Part shown: positions 1 through 12,924 of the stretch, one piece after another
How the letters are laid out: each line of letters starts with the position of its first letter
Numbering within the stretch: the stretch's first letter is position 1
DNA from: Pecten maximus
Lineage: Eukaryota
Direction: 5' to 3'
Length of the DNA stretch: 64,000 bases
NCBI RefSeq assembly: GCF_902652985.1
Contig: NC_047024.1
Span: 27,776,001-27,840,000, forward strand
Translations under genes and position numbers: made by a program
Notes under the pieces: model-generated
What the model was told of the DNA's origin: nothing
Seen by the model: only the letters and a program-made list of their open reading frames with translations
Database searches by the model: none

Positions 1-1964
1 ATCGCAGAAATCGGCACCACAACACGAACATAGGAATACTCCAAAATTTGACACAGTGTTTATGGAGACGCCAAATGTATACACACTCATCCTGTTTTGA
101 CGCAAAAAATGCCAAAATTTGCTGACAACAAAATATCCCAATTCATGATAGGGATTGTAGTTTGAGAATTGTTACTCCCCACATACCCTCTTCATATAGC
201 TACTGTAACACGTTAACATGTGTTCATGGTGGGTTTAACTTTGGGATCTGGCCACGAAATCGGTAGAATGACAAGATATCGCTAAACCGCCATTTAATCA
301 CGTGTACATTTTGAAAACAAATGGCAATATCATTGTTAACACGCTTTAAACCACTGAGGTTTGCTTTTCTAACGTACAGCTTAATTACGTCAGTAATGAG
401 TGGAGGATGGGTCTATACGCATTGTCGTTACCCCCCTTAACTCCTATGCACGAGAAAGTCCTGAAATAATCTCGATGAATCCTTATTTGTTGTGCGCTTT
501 TTAGGTCTTGCATGGAAATAACTGTTTGTCAAATGACATTGCATGGCGAGATGCGTTCAATCCTATCTTCTGTGGAGAAGTGGAACAAAAAAATATCCAT
601 TAAATTTTCAATATTTTAAACAGAACTGAATGCAAATTTTGTAGAATTAACTCCCAAATAGTATTGCTATGTACTCTGTCTTGAAGAATGATTCCACGCT
701 AATAGTGTCTCTGTATGGGGCTGCTCTCGTAAGCTTCAGCTCAACTACACAGCTCTGCAGGAAGCCCCGCCACGTGCTTCCCTAATTTCCCGCTCGCGCA
801 CTCAATCCGAAAATTAATCTTATTTATAAAGCATAGGCACTCGTAGCATACACGGTGCACATCGTGACGAGTAGAGGGGGATAATTCATTTACCATCCTT
901 AGTATCCTGTTGTACTCCCTCCCATCTTTGACGGCTAGCTAATTGACTAAGCCCACAAACACATTATCATTGTTGGAGTCCGCCAACATTTTAAACGATG
1001 ACACATTTGTGATTTTTTTTTATTAAAATTTATTGAGTTTATCTCAGACATCCAATTAAATATCATTGAATGAGTTTCAAATTTCAAACTTTCGTGTTAA
1101 TTCACCAACACGTGACCATGGTAATTAAATAAAATCCAACCTTACTTGGATTGCTCTGGGAACCGCTGTTCAATCTCTAGAGCTACACGCTTCACGTATA
1201 TGCCAAGCCAGTAGTTTAATTGAAAGATTAACGGAATAATCCTAAACTTTTCAAAATTACGGCAATTTGTTTCCTTCGAGAGTAGGGCTGCAATATATCC
1301 GCATGTCAGCGGCAGGTCCCGCGACACGTGACGAAATAAATCGCGCGCCAAATCAAGGAGAACATATCCCACAGTTCCCGCTCTGCTTCCTAGCGCTCTA
1401 CTTTATCTCATTGTCAACCGTGTAAAGTCGGAGATCTTACCTCCGAGGATAGACTAATAGGTTCTTCTGTAGAACACATTTACGCTCAAAGCCATTAATA
1501 TTCGTATCATTTGACATGCACGGCGGCCTTGAAACGTCGTAATCATGTGATTGTCGTGCGATCCTACTGACGGTATATCATAATGTTGTGTCTAAAAAAC
1601 AAAGATGTTTGATCTTCAGTGTCAACGTGTTTGATCGTGACCTATATTTTAGCACAACAAAAGTATTCGATTTTAAGTTAAACATGATTATATCATCTAA
1701 TCTTTGTAGCGATATCAACGTCATTAATTATCAATATCGACCCTTATAATTAGTTAAATCAGTGTTTGGTATTCGTTCATTTAACAACCAAACCATGCCA
1801 AAATAAACATCCAACCAATAATTATACATGTATTGCACAGTTGTTATCCGCGAGGAGGGAGGTTAAAATACCGAATCACGTCAAAAACAAGATTTTGGAC
1901 CGTCAAAACCTAAAATGGACGTCGCTTTTACAAAGACCATAGTACATTTGTACAAGTCCCTTTT

Positions 1965-2037
1965 TATGGTGTTCCGTTAGCGCCAAATTTCCAATATCGC
2001 TCCGATATTGGAAAGTTGGCCCTATCGGAACACCATA
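1965..2037. repeat. Isolated near-perfect inverted repeat (35-bp arms, 3-nt loop); probable MITE remnant
   Basis: Left arm TATGGTGTTCCGTTAGCGCCAAATTTCCAATATCG versus reverse complement of right arm TATGGTGTTCCGATAGGGCCAACTTTCCAATATCG: 3 mismatches. Confidence 0.8.
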
Positions 2038-3849
2038 CCTTTTAGACTGTTAAGACGTTAGATATAGCGGGGCTGTTTAGAACAAGCATCAACGTGACCA
2101 GTATTTAAAGCGTTGTCTTGAACGTGATCATCGATAGGGAATCTATTTTCAATTTTCGGTTAAGAATAGAAACCGTAGACTTTTTATATGATATGGTTAT
2201 TTGTTTGAGGGAAAAACAAAACGAACAATACATTTGCATCTGACATGTTTTGGATATTTGAATCTTTTGAACTAAATTGTAGAATTATGAAACTTAAAAC
2301 GAAAATAAAATAACAAAATTTCATATTAAAACCCATATTTCTTACTCAGAATATACACAACATGTACTTTAAACAAACTTAGACCCTTTTTTCTAATATT
2401 TGATAATTTTTTTTACTTCATTTTGGCTATACAGCGCTAAAGATCGTTTACCTATAGCTGAAAAAGATTTAATGTATCTCTCTCAACATTTGACATCCAT
2501 CAAGACTGATTCATCAGTCAGATCTCAGAAATTCCATCTAGATTAATTTTAGCAAGATGCATATTTCTGGGGTCAAATTTCAGATATTAAGTAGTAATAT
2601 ATGTCTACGGAATGTTCACCAAGTTTAGGAAGACCTCGGACCCACCATGGAGTTGTGCTTTTACGTCCTATTGCGCTCACATAAAATAGTTCCTATTTTA
2701 TCAACCTTATCAGATAGCCCACTCATAAAACGCCGCGGAATTGCAATAACTCATGTGCGTATTTATTATATGGACGTTTAAAAACTGAAGTTGTGATAGT
2801 TAGTGAAGGACTAAAGGAGACATGGGGAGAGTTATGTATTTACAGAACTCAGCATGGCCTTAATTGACTATGACAGGACGACTGTGGTACTTTAGGTGCA
2901 CGCGATTACACACCCGACTTAAACACATTTATCAGTCATTGATATCACGGAAACACCGTCAGACGACGACATAGATGGATTAATAGTTGATATGTAATAA
3001 AAATATATCTATTATAGCTGTTTTTGCCGTCGGTTCTCGTTGTTGTGAAGATTTTTGTCTCGAGTCACCACAGGTATATTTATTGAGATTTATTTAGAAT
3101 TTTAGTACTTTTTTTTAAAAAACGAAATGAATACCTGTATTGAATTATCAAAGAAAGATCTATTCATTTCCAGAAAAAAATGATTTTTTATTTTTATTTT
3201 TGTTTGGTTTTTGTTTTATTTGGAATTTTCGAATTAAATATCATTACGGGGACTCGGATTCCACTTAAATCACGACGCTGGCCGTTTTCTATTCGATAGT
3301 TTTAATGTTTAACGACGTTTCTGTCAATGTGCAATACTAATCTATCGCTAACAGTGAATTTGGTAAACGTATGAGCGCTCAAGCTCGATGACCCCTTGCC
3401 GTACGTCACCTACCTACGATACTGACGGACACAATACAATGAGTTTGTTTTACGAATTAATGGAGATGACTTGAGGTAGGTTTTATATATTTGTCATACT
3501 ATCACCTGAAAATGTACATGGATTCCGTGCTATTTCGTGTGTCGTGTGTGGTACAGCGACGCCAAAGGACTTATCGTTGGGAGCCTGAAGTTGGTAAAAC
3601 GGAACTCGGAACTCGGAACCAACTTCAGGCTCCCTTATCGTTACACTGTACATGTGGTGTGTGTACGTGTACCAAAAGTCGTGCAGTTGTGTTGTGTTAC
3701 GTGTCGTAAAGTGACGTCGTATATGTCGCTACAGGAATGCCGAGTGTCTTGTGTGGTACAATGACGCCATGTGTCGTGAAGTTATGTCAAGCGTCGTGTA
3801 ACTGCATTTGTATGTCCTACTTCATATAAAATTGTCAAATATCGTGTAA

Positions 3850-6245
3850 TTATGTCAAATGTCGTGTGGTGGTGTCGTGTGGTGATGTCGTGTGGTGGTG
3901 TCGTGTGGTGATGTCGTGTGCTCTAGTAATGTCAAATGTTACGTACTGTATGTTGTCGGTCGCTACACAGTGACAAAATATGCCGTGGTGTTATCTAATG
4001 TATGCTTGTGTCAAGTGTCGTCTAGTTATTTCAAATGTCGTGTAATTATTTCAAGTATCGTGTAATTAATTCAAGTGCCGTGAGGTTTTTCAAGTTCAGT
4101 GGAGGTATTTCATGTTTAGCGTAGATATTTCAAGGTCGTGTAGTTATTTCAAATGTCTAATAGTCAATCAATTGATGTGTAATTATTTTACATGTCGTGT
4201 AGCTATTTCAAGTGTCATGAAGTTATCAAGTGCTGTGTAGTTATTTCAATTGTCGTGTAGTTATTTCAAGCGTTTTGTAATTATTGTAATTATTTTAAGT
4301 CTCGTGTAGTTGTTTTAATTGTGGTGTAGTGATTTCTATTGTCATGTAGTTATAATCAAGTGTCGTGTAGCTATGTCAAGTGTCGTGTAGCTATGTAAAA
4401 TGTCGTGTATTTATATCAAGTTTCGTATAGCTATGTCAAGTGTCGTGTCCGATCGCCTTTGTGAGGTGTCGTGTCCGATCGCCTTTCAGTTTGTGAGGAG
4501 TCGTGTCCGAACGTCTTTGTGAGGTGTCGTGTCCGAACGCCTTTCAGTTTGTGAGGAGTCGTGTCCGAACGTCTTTGTGACGTGTCGTGTCCGATCGCCT
4601 TTGTGAGGTGTCGTGTCCGCACGTCTTTGTAAGGTGTCGTGTCCGATCGCCTTTGTGAGGTGTCGTGTCCGATCGCCTTTGTGAGGTGTCGTGTCCGATC
4701 ATCTTTGTGAGGTGTCTTGTCTGAACGTCTTTGTGAGGTGCCGTGTCCGAACGTCATTGTGAGATGTCGTGTCCGATCGCCTTTCAGTTTGTGAGGAGTC
4801 GTGTCCGATCGCCTTTGTGTGGTGTCGTGTCCGATCGCCTGTGTGAGGTGTCGTGTCTGATCATCTTTGTGAGGTGTCGTGTCTGATCATCTTTGTGAGG
4901 TGTCGTGTCCGATCACCTGTGTGAGGTGTCGTGTCCGATCACCTTTGTGTGGTGTCGTGTCCGATCACCTGTGTGATGTGTCGTGTCTGATCATCTTTGT
5001 GAGGTGTCGTGTCCGATCGCCTTTGTGAGGAGTCGTGTCTGATCATCTTTGTGAGGTGTCGTGTCCGATCACCTGTGTGAGGTGTCGTGTCCGATCACCT
5101 GTGTGAGGTGTCGTGTCCGATCGCCTGTGTGAGATGTCGTGTCTGATCATCTTTGTGAGGTGTCGTGTCTGATCGCCTTTGTGAGGTGTCGTGTCTGATC
5201 GCCTTTGTGAGGTGTCGTGTCCGATCGCCTGTGTGAGGTGTCGTGTCTGATCATCTTTGTGAGGTGTCGTGTCCGATCACCTGTGTGAGGTGTCGTGTCC
5301 GATCGCCTGTGTGAGGTGTCGTGTCTGATCGTCTTTGTGTGGTGTCGTGTCTGATCGTCTTTGTGAAGTGTCTTTGTCCGATCGCCTTTGTGAGGTGTCG
5401 TGTCCGATCGTCTTTGTGAGGTGTCGTGTTCGATCGCCTTTGTGAGGTGTCGTGTCCGATCGGCTTTGTGAGGTGTCGTGTCTGATCGCCTTTGTGAGGT
5501 GTCGTGTCCGAACGTCTTTGTGAGGTGTCGTGTCTGATCGCCTTTGTGAGGTGTCGTGTCCGAACGTCTTTGTGAGGTGTCGTGTCTGATCGACTGTGTG
5601 AGGTGTCGTGTCTGATCGTCTTTGTGTGGTGTCGTGTCTGATCGTCTTTGTGAAGTGTGTTGTCTGATCGTCTTTGTGAGGTGTCGTTTTTCCGATCGCC
5701 TTTGTGAGTTGTCGTTTTTCCGATCGCCTTTGTGAAGTGTCGTGTCTGATCGTCTTTGTGAGGTGTCTTGTCTGATCGACTGTGTGAGGTGTCTTGTCTG
5801 ATCGACTGTGTGAGGTGTCGTGTCCGTTCAACTTTGTGAAGTGTCGTGTCCGATCAACTTTGTGAGGTGTCGTGTCCGGTCGCCTTTGCGGGTTATGGTG
5901 TTCGGTTTCCTTTGACAGCTGTCGTGTCCGGTCGCCTCTGAGAGATGTCGTGTCTGGTCCATTTTGAGACGTGTAGAGCCCGGTTGTCTTTGACAGATGT
6001 CGTGTCTGGTCCATTTTGAGACGTGTAGAGCCCGGTTGTCTTTGACAGATGTCGTGTCTGGTCCATTTTGAGACGTGAAGAGCCCGGTTGTTTTTGAGAA
6101 ATGTCGTGTCTGGTCCATTTTGAGACCTGTAGAGCCCGGTTGTCTTTGACAGATGTCGTGTCTGGTCCATTTTGAGAGTGTAGAGCCCGGTTGTCTTTGA
6201 GAAATGTCATACCCGGTCCATTTTGAGACGTGTCGTGTCCAGTTG
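3850..6245. repeat. Composite CpG-rich tandem repeat built on a GTGTCGTGT core (13-, ~20-, 26- and 52-bp units in succession)
   Basis: Units read directly: GTCGTGTGGTGGT; GTGTCGTGTAGCTATGTCAA; GTGTCGTGTCCGATCGCCTTTGTGAG (about 4430-5940); 52-mer GTCGTGTCTGGTCCATTTTGAGACGTGTAGAGCCCGGTTGTCTTTGACAGAT (about 5945-6230). Confidence 0.95.
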
Positions 6246-9200
6246 CCCTTAGAGGTGCCGTGTATCAAACATTGATGTTCGTGTAAGTAGAGATATATAG
6301 GGATAACGGTTAGAATCAGGATGGTGGGGAAACAAACATGTAGTGAACACGATACAAAAATTCGTTAAGGGAGTTAATTACGTACATAAAACCGTGACGT
6401 TTAACTAGAAGTGGGTGTGGAGGATACCACTAATGTCGGTAGCAAGGTGAAATACACTGCACTAGCTGAAATCGCATATCACGTCGAAAGCGCTTAAATA
6501 GGGAATGTTTCAGTATTATAAATTTCTGTAGAGACAGTTTAATTACAGTGAATTCTCTGAGACCATCTTTATTATTATTGTTGATTGTATTGCGGCCTCT
6601 CGGGAGCAAATAGTTGAGAAATATAGCTACTGGGGGTCCAATTTCACACGAGTTCAAATCAATTTCAATTTACCAAATTTTGATCGCTTTCTTTCGTTTA
6701 ATTTTTAGAGGAGAACTTTAACGGTTGAAGACCTGACCTTTGACGGGAGTTTATTTATACGTAATATGGATCTATCACCTTGAGGAAATTGCTTTCTACT
6801 CTTGTACAGCTTTGACATGCATTTTTGCATGTGGTATAAAAATCACTTTTCATGTGCTTACAGGATGATTATCTATCAATTATCGGGCTATCGGCCAAAA
6901 GGAATCATGCATACACGTGGATAAAAACAATTTAAACTCGAAAGGCCGAATAATTATATTTGTAAAATTAAGTTAAAAACAAAACCCTCAAAAACGTATG
7001 ACACTTACGCACGCACGTCTACAAGTGTTACTGGTGCGCTGTACGGATACCCTAAACGGAATCCGGTTTTAACTGTTACAATGTCCTAATAAAACTATAC
7101 CGTGCAACTTTCCCAAACCGATCCTTCTCAAAATCGACCACCACTGGATACCGAACGCAATAGCGATGTTCAGAATTGGTCCTTGTTGTATAATAGTAAT
7201 GTAAAAAAAATTCTCAAAATGTATTACATCAGCCGCCATGCTCATTAAATCTCAATATAAAAACTACATATGATATTTAAATTGTTTTCATGTCTATGTT
7301 CTCACAAGAATAAAAGGTTTACTCAAGAGTTGTCGTTTCCTGCCGTTCATGAACGCAGGGGACAAATCGGCTGGTTGGTTAATACCTAAATATGATCGGG
7401 GCTGCCTCACAGTAATCTTAACAACCGACATTATTTGGGTCATTTCTTGATCCTTATTCCATTAAAATTCAGAACGTTTAGATGTTTTAACAGGTTAAAA
7501 TATCCCTGATAGAACCATTAAATAAAAAAAAAATGTGTTTTAACTACGGTGGTCATGGCAACTTGTTGAATTTTCAGTTATTAGTGTAAAGACAACCATT
7601 GATAGTGATAAAGATGTCTCATTATGTATGGTGTTAAGGTTACTCCGACATGCTAGTCTACTACTTTCCAACCAAAAGTTGGACAGAACTGTCAATATAT
7701 TCGAACTAATTTTACAAGTTTTTAAATTTCTTTTCAAAATAAACTGGTTACCATGACAACTATCATTGATCTAAGTGACAATTTCTTATATTTTGTTATC
7801 TCTACCCACGGTCGCAATTTCAGGGAGAGAGCTATCAGTACATGTAGGTCCTGTCCTAGACCCGGGACTGAAGAATACCTTCTCCAGCCCCCGAAGCAGT
7901 CAGACGTCACGTGCGCGCGAGGCTAACACCATGGCTAGTCTCGTTAAGGAAGTTTTGCGATTTATTAAACAGATTTCGCGATGGATATCTCGGAGGACTT
8001 GTGTCATACATTTCAAAACGAAATGCACAACTTACACGTACATCTGGCGTCCTTTGGGGCGGACATCGCATGCGTTGATAAGTAGGGGTTAGCGTTTGCG
8101 TTTTAGAAAATATACGTTTATTACCCCGCCAGATACGTGACCATCGCTTTATAAAGATAGACTGTTTTCTGGTGCGAGTTTCAGTGACAAAACTCTTGGC
8201 GTCCGATCTTTAGTACCGATTCTCTCTTATATGAGTTGAGAGTTATCCCCCGTGGAATTGATCGGTCACTGCACGTGCATATAATGTTGTCCAAACCTTG
8301 CATACCGCCTTCGGACAATTAAATAGTGATAAATAACATTCACCCTCTTTAGACATGTTTATTTCGTCAGTGCATATCCAGAAGTTGTAAAAATAAATCT
8401 ACCAGACTATCGCCTAGTCAATATAAGCTAAAGGTTGTTTTTATTTAGTTGTTTTATAAATATGCGCCTAGATTATTTGAAACAAAAATCGAAGTTTATC
8501 GCCGAATCGGTCTGTGCAAAAGTGTTAACATGTAACATAATTTGGCTGGAAGGAGAAATTTAAATTCCGTGGCCATTACAATGGGTCCGATGTCCCGGTG
8601 TTCTCCGCGTACACGGGGACATTTCTCTTGGGAAATTGTTCCACGCACCGAAAGTACTTAAAACATTTTACAACTTATACGTAAGGTCTTTTTTAAAGAA
8701 TCAATTTTTAAATTCCCTTTGTTTTTTTCTTCAGTCCTCATTGTTAAGATTTTTAATACTTTAGATTCAATTTGTTTGAAGATGTGAAAAAAATCGCGAT
8801 CTCAGTGATGCGTTTATCACACCCGTAAGTACTATGAGTTCGGCCATTAAAATAAAGACAGAATGACCATTGTCAATAGCTTAAAACACAGAGGTGCTAT
8901 CAACTCAAATAAGTGTCATTTCAGGCAAAAGTGATTTAATGAAATCGTGTCTCCCTCCGACACTAAAAACTATAATTATCTACAAAAGATTCTTTGCTGA
9001 ATTTTAATGAGAATTTTGTAGCTACTACCGGAGGACTCTGCGACATTCAAATACAAATTATATAAGACTGAATCGATTTGTTTTTAATGTATGAGTTTAA
9101 ACAGAGTCTCTATTTGATTCTGAAAATAAACATTTTGGAATTTTTGAAATTTTATTGACTACACGTGTCCATGCAAGTATGCTGAAAACTAGCAAACGAG

Positions 9201-9869
9201 TTTTTTTTACAATGAGACTTTTATATAGTCTGTTCTCATAGGGTTTCTATTTCATATGGAACCTTTGAAATAAATCTTATAATTTTTCATCTTAGCGAAC
9301 ATCTGGCAAGATTTTTAATGGAAAATTTGTGAGGAGATTTGTATATCTCAAATGGAAACTGAATACCCAGGTTTATCCCTTTTCCAGGTTACCACAATTT
9401 TCATCTCTTTATCGATAACACGTGTATGTAAGAAAAGTCCAATCTGAGTATGGTTTGGTTGGGCGTTGGGGGGGGGGGGGGGGTGAAATAATGACAATAT
9501 TAGGCTGGAAACTTCACTTATATAGTCAATGTTGACAAGCTTTGCAATTTCAGAGTCGAAACCTACATACAAACATTTTATATATTTAAATATAATCAAC
9601 ATCGAAAGAACAATAGATTACGCAATACCATAAACAGTGTGTTCATTTCCCCCCTTTTCTCCCCCCCCCCCCCCCAAATGGCAAATGCGGAGAAGTGTTT
9701 TGACAAAGTACACAACCATGACAGTACAGGACTGTCAATTATATTAGCTTTCTAAGAAATTCAAACCGTCCGAAGTTTGAATTGAACCTTGGATCTCAAC
9801 CCGAGTTTGCATTAGTCACGTACCAACAGAGATATCAAAGCTCCTACAATTTCAGTGGTGTTGACTACT

Positions 9870-10355
9870 GTTAGGGTCAAGGTCATCAGTATGGACAACG
9901 TTAAAAATGAGGCTCAATGTACCTAGTATTGGCTTGACCCTGTAAGGAAAAATTGAGTGTCAAGGTCACTAGTACAGATTTTACCATGTAAGTTAATAGT
10001 TAGGGTCAATGTCCCAAGAACAGACTTTACACTATAAGGTAATCGTGAGGGTCAAGGTCACTAGTACTGACTTAACCATGTAAGGTGAGTGTCAAGGTCA
10101 CTGGGATTCTCTTTATTCTAAGGTGACAGTGAGGGTCAAGGTCACAAGAACAGACTTTACATTGTTAGGTAACAGTGTGGCAAGGTCACTAGTGCTAACT
10201 TTACATTGAAAGTTACATTAAGAATTAGGGTCAAGGTCACAAGTACTGAATTTACTCTATAAGGGAAATATAACAGTGTGGTTCAAGGTCAGTAAAAATT
10301 TTCTGTAAGATTATATATATAATTATAGTTAAAGTCAAGGTTACTAGGGTTGAGG
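9870..10355. repeat. Degenerate ~42-bp tandem repeat with GGGTCAAGGTCA core
   Basis: Recurrent (A)GGGTCAAGGTCAC..GTAC.GA.TTTAC motif, about 10 copies. Confidence 0.75.
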
Positions 10356-10985
10356 TACAGAATTCTAACCCACTTGTCTGTATATTCTACATATTAGATA
10401 CTTAAAATACAGACCAGTGCATTGTGAATAAAATACCCGGCATCTATGGCCAAGACTATCTATTAAGAGAGCATGATCAGGATTTTACACAAGGATAATA
10501 GTTTCAAGTTATATGCCAAATCTCTTTAATTATCTTTTCAAAACATATATCCTTCATAGTTGACTTAATGCTTCATATGTATACATGTTTTTATAAGTAC
10601 AATGTATACATTTAAATATCGACCACCATTTCTAGGTTTATTTGATACAAACACATATAAATTATATCACAAGTATAATGGACTGTTTGTCACTTCTGAT
10701 TTTATTATTTTCAGAACTTTACGATTCTGTAGATAAGGTTATAGTTTCCTCAATGACCCCCGTGAACTTGAAAGAGGGTCAAGGCAATTTATGGTAGGAA
10801 ACTTACAACTACTCACAACTACTCATAACTCACAGCTACTCATAACTCACAACTACTCACCTGAAGTACTTACCTGGTATCAAACACCATGTACCTTGGT
10901 CTTCAATTAACGGAGAAAACTTTAATGGTTTTAACCTGTTTCACTGCTTTGACCTTAGATTGTATTATTAATGTTATATTGTTTA

Positions 10986-11378
10986 TAATTAATTTTCCAT
11001 TGTTTGTACGCAGAATGTGGCTTTCTGATTGGTTGATATTTTTTTTTATACCACTATGAAAAAAAATCCGAGAATGGTGCGAAAAATGTGACTTCACAAT
11101 ACGACAATTGACGTTGCGTATTGATTTGAGAAAAAAGAATTACACGTACATATAAAACCAGTAAAATTGTACATAAAACATGTTTTAAATTAGAAAATTA
11201 TTTTCAAAAATTAATCATAAGCGTTGATGTCAATTTTTTGTTAGTTTCATCGGAGTATGAAAAAAATTTTGTTTGCAAACTGTATGAATCTGCGAAGCGG
11301 ATTCTTACAGAAGTTTGCAAACAAATTTTTTTTCATACTCCGATGAAACTAACAAAAAATTGACATCAATGCTTAAAT
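10986..11378 (+). mobile_element. Non-autonomous hairpin-ended DNA element (Crypton-like?), copy 1
   Basis: Long terminal palindrome at 11218-11375 (TAAGCGTTGATGTCAATTTTTTGTTAGTTTCATCGG...CCGATGAAACTAACAAAAAATTGACATCAATGCTTA); a second dispersed copy lies inverted at 43911-44253. The superfamily is a guess. Confidence 0.65.
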
Positions 11379-12038
11379 AATTAAATTTGGAAATTAGCCG
11401 GAAAAGGAAGTTTTCAACAAAGGGGGCATAACTCTTACAAATAAATTAATTAATAAAATAAAGACATCTACATATTCGGTCATGATACAACCCATGGAGT
11501 TTCAAATAAACATTCAAAGTAAAATTCGAGAACTCATGACCTTTGTCTGCGGACAGAGGCAAGATAATTCAGTGTATAGAACCACTAACTCTGTTGCGGG
11601 AGCCTAAGTATTGATGAACCTCTCTCCAAATACATTTGTACATTTAATTGAAAACAAAAAAGTTCAGATTTTAGTTTTTAAATATATTTAATTTGATATG
11701 AATGGACGGAAAACAGAAAAGTATTAAAAAAAGATATAAAAATGTAATACAGTGGTCAACATCAATAAGAAACATCCCTGATTCACCTGATTTAAGTTTT
11801 TTATCGACTGCTGGAATGTTTTCTTGCGACTGTGAAACCTGACTTTACCGACATCCTCGGAGACTGGACCACTTATTTGAATAAAGCAGTATGTCAGATA
11901 AACTAGGGCTCTTAAATACAGCAGAGGTAGTTTTGTTTTTGTGACACGAATTTAATGTCAGATCCCGAAGGTGTCGGTAATATCAGGTCTAACTGTGATG
12001 CAAATAAAGTATGTATGATAAACTTTATATTGTTGTGG

Positions 12039-12200
12039 CTAGGTCCCATTTTCTTGTGAAACTGATTTCTCCGTCTGATTTTGCTCACGCAGATCCTTCA
12101 TGAGTTGAACATCCTCTTCAGAGTACTTTGGAGTCAAGATAACATTATCGTAGTCAAAGTCTTTGTCTAAGGTAAACGGTTCCACCTCGTCGGTACATTC
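12039..12200 (-). CDS. IFTAP: IFTAP/C11orf74/NWC homologue, last coding exon (ECTDEVEPFTLDKDFDYDNVILTPKYSEED...*)
   Basis: Acceptor TTCCAG|GAA, phase 0, ends in TAG; DEVxPFxLDxDFDYDNVxLTxK matches the conserved C-terminus of vertebrate C11orf74 as recalled. Confidence 0.9.
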   Translation of the reverse strand, partial: ECTDEVEPFTLDKDFDYDNVILTPKYSEEDVQLMKDLREQNQTEKSVSQENGT

Positions 12201-12367
12201 CTGGAATGATACAACATATGTATAGTAAAATAGTAAATGTAGATTTACAAAAAAAAAGACTATAATATTTATCTGATGATAACCTGGTAATAAGTTCTTG
12301 TCTAGAGTATAGGTTTGGTATATAGGAACGGCAGATAGATACAGACACTTCCTCTGGTGTTTTTTTA

Positions 12368-12572
12368 GGGGCCCAGTGGCCGAGTGGTTAAGGTGTCCTG
12401 ACGCTTTATCACTAGCCCTCCACCTCTGGGTTACGAGTTTGAAACCTACATGGGGCAGTTGCCAGGTACTGACCATAGGCCGGTGGTTTTCTCCGGCTTT
12501 CCTCCACCTCCAAAACCTGGCACGTCCTTAAATGACCCTGGATGTTAATAGGCGGTCAAACAAAAACAAAAC
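12368..12572 (+). mobile_element. tRNA-derived SINE (intronic, antisense to IFTAP)
   Basis: A box TGGCCGAGTGG, B-box-like GAGTTTGAAAC, central GGTTTTCTCCGGCTTTCCTCCACC domain, (CAAA)n-type tail. Confidence 0.85.
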
Positions 12573-12924
12573 CACAATCTTCTGGTTTCCTTCTTGCAAT
12601 ACGTGCCATGATCTCATAACTTACCATAACCAACTAAAGCTAGCCCCGTTCCCAACGTGACATTCAAAAGAGGATATCCCTTTTGATTCTGGTATTAATT
12701 GTACTTCATGGTCCTGCAATACACCCAACATCTACATTTAATTTTTTTTTCGTGTAGTAGCAGTCTCCTGGGTTTATTTCAGAATGAATATAGTTTTGAA
12801 ACTCTACTGCCCACAGAGGGTACAGAATGATCAGAGAAACAGACAAAAACAAGCATGCAACATAATCATTAAGCTAGCTAGCACAGACATAGGAGAGAGA
12901 AAGAGAGACTCAAGGAGATACTGA

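Noticed and set aside
1-3500. Short ORFs and isolated donor-like sites (1141, 1437) in CpG-containing sequence
   Set aside because: No coherent exon chain or recognisable protein; may be regulatory or old repeat sequence but cannot be supported
4431-6268. Long minus-strand ORFs (108-297 aa) rich in TRHL/GHDT/DTTP
   Set aside because: Translations of the 26/52-bp satellite; the same peptides appear in all three frames
7549-7760. RFX X-box-like motifs (GTTACCATGACAAC, GTGGTCATGGCAAC) near a ciliary gene
   Set aside because: They lie more than 4 kb downstream of the IFTAP stop, and CCATGGCAAC-type motifs are common in mollusc repeats; no supporting promoter or exon
9468-9675. Opposed poly(G) and poly(C) tracts as element termini
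   Set aside because: Simple homopolymers with no further inverted similarity or TSD
12368-12450. Possible tRNA gene
   Set aside because: A and B boxes are present, but the cloverleaf is degenerate and continues into a SINE body and tail
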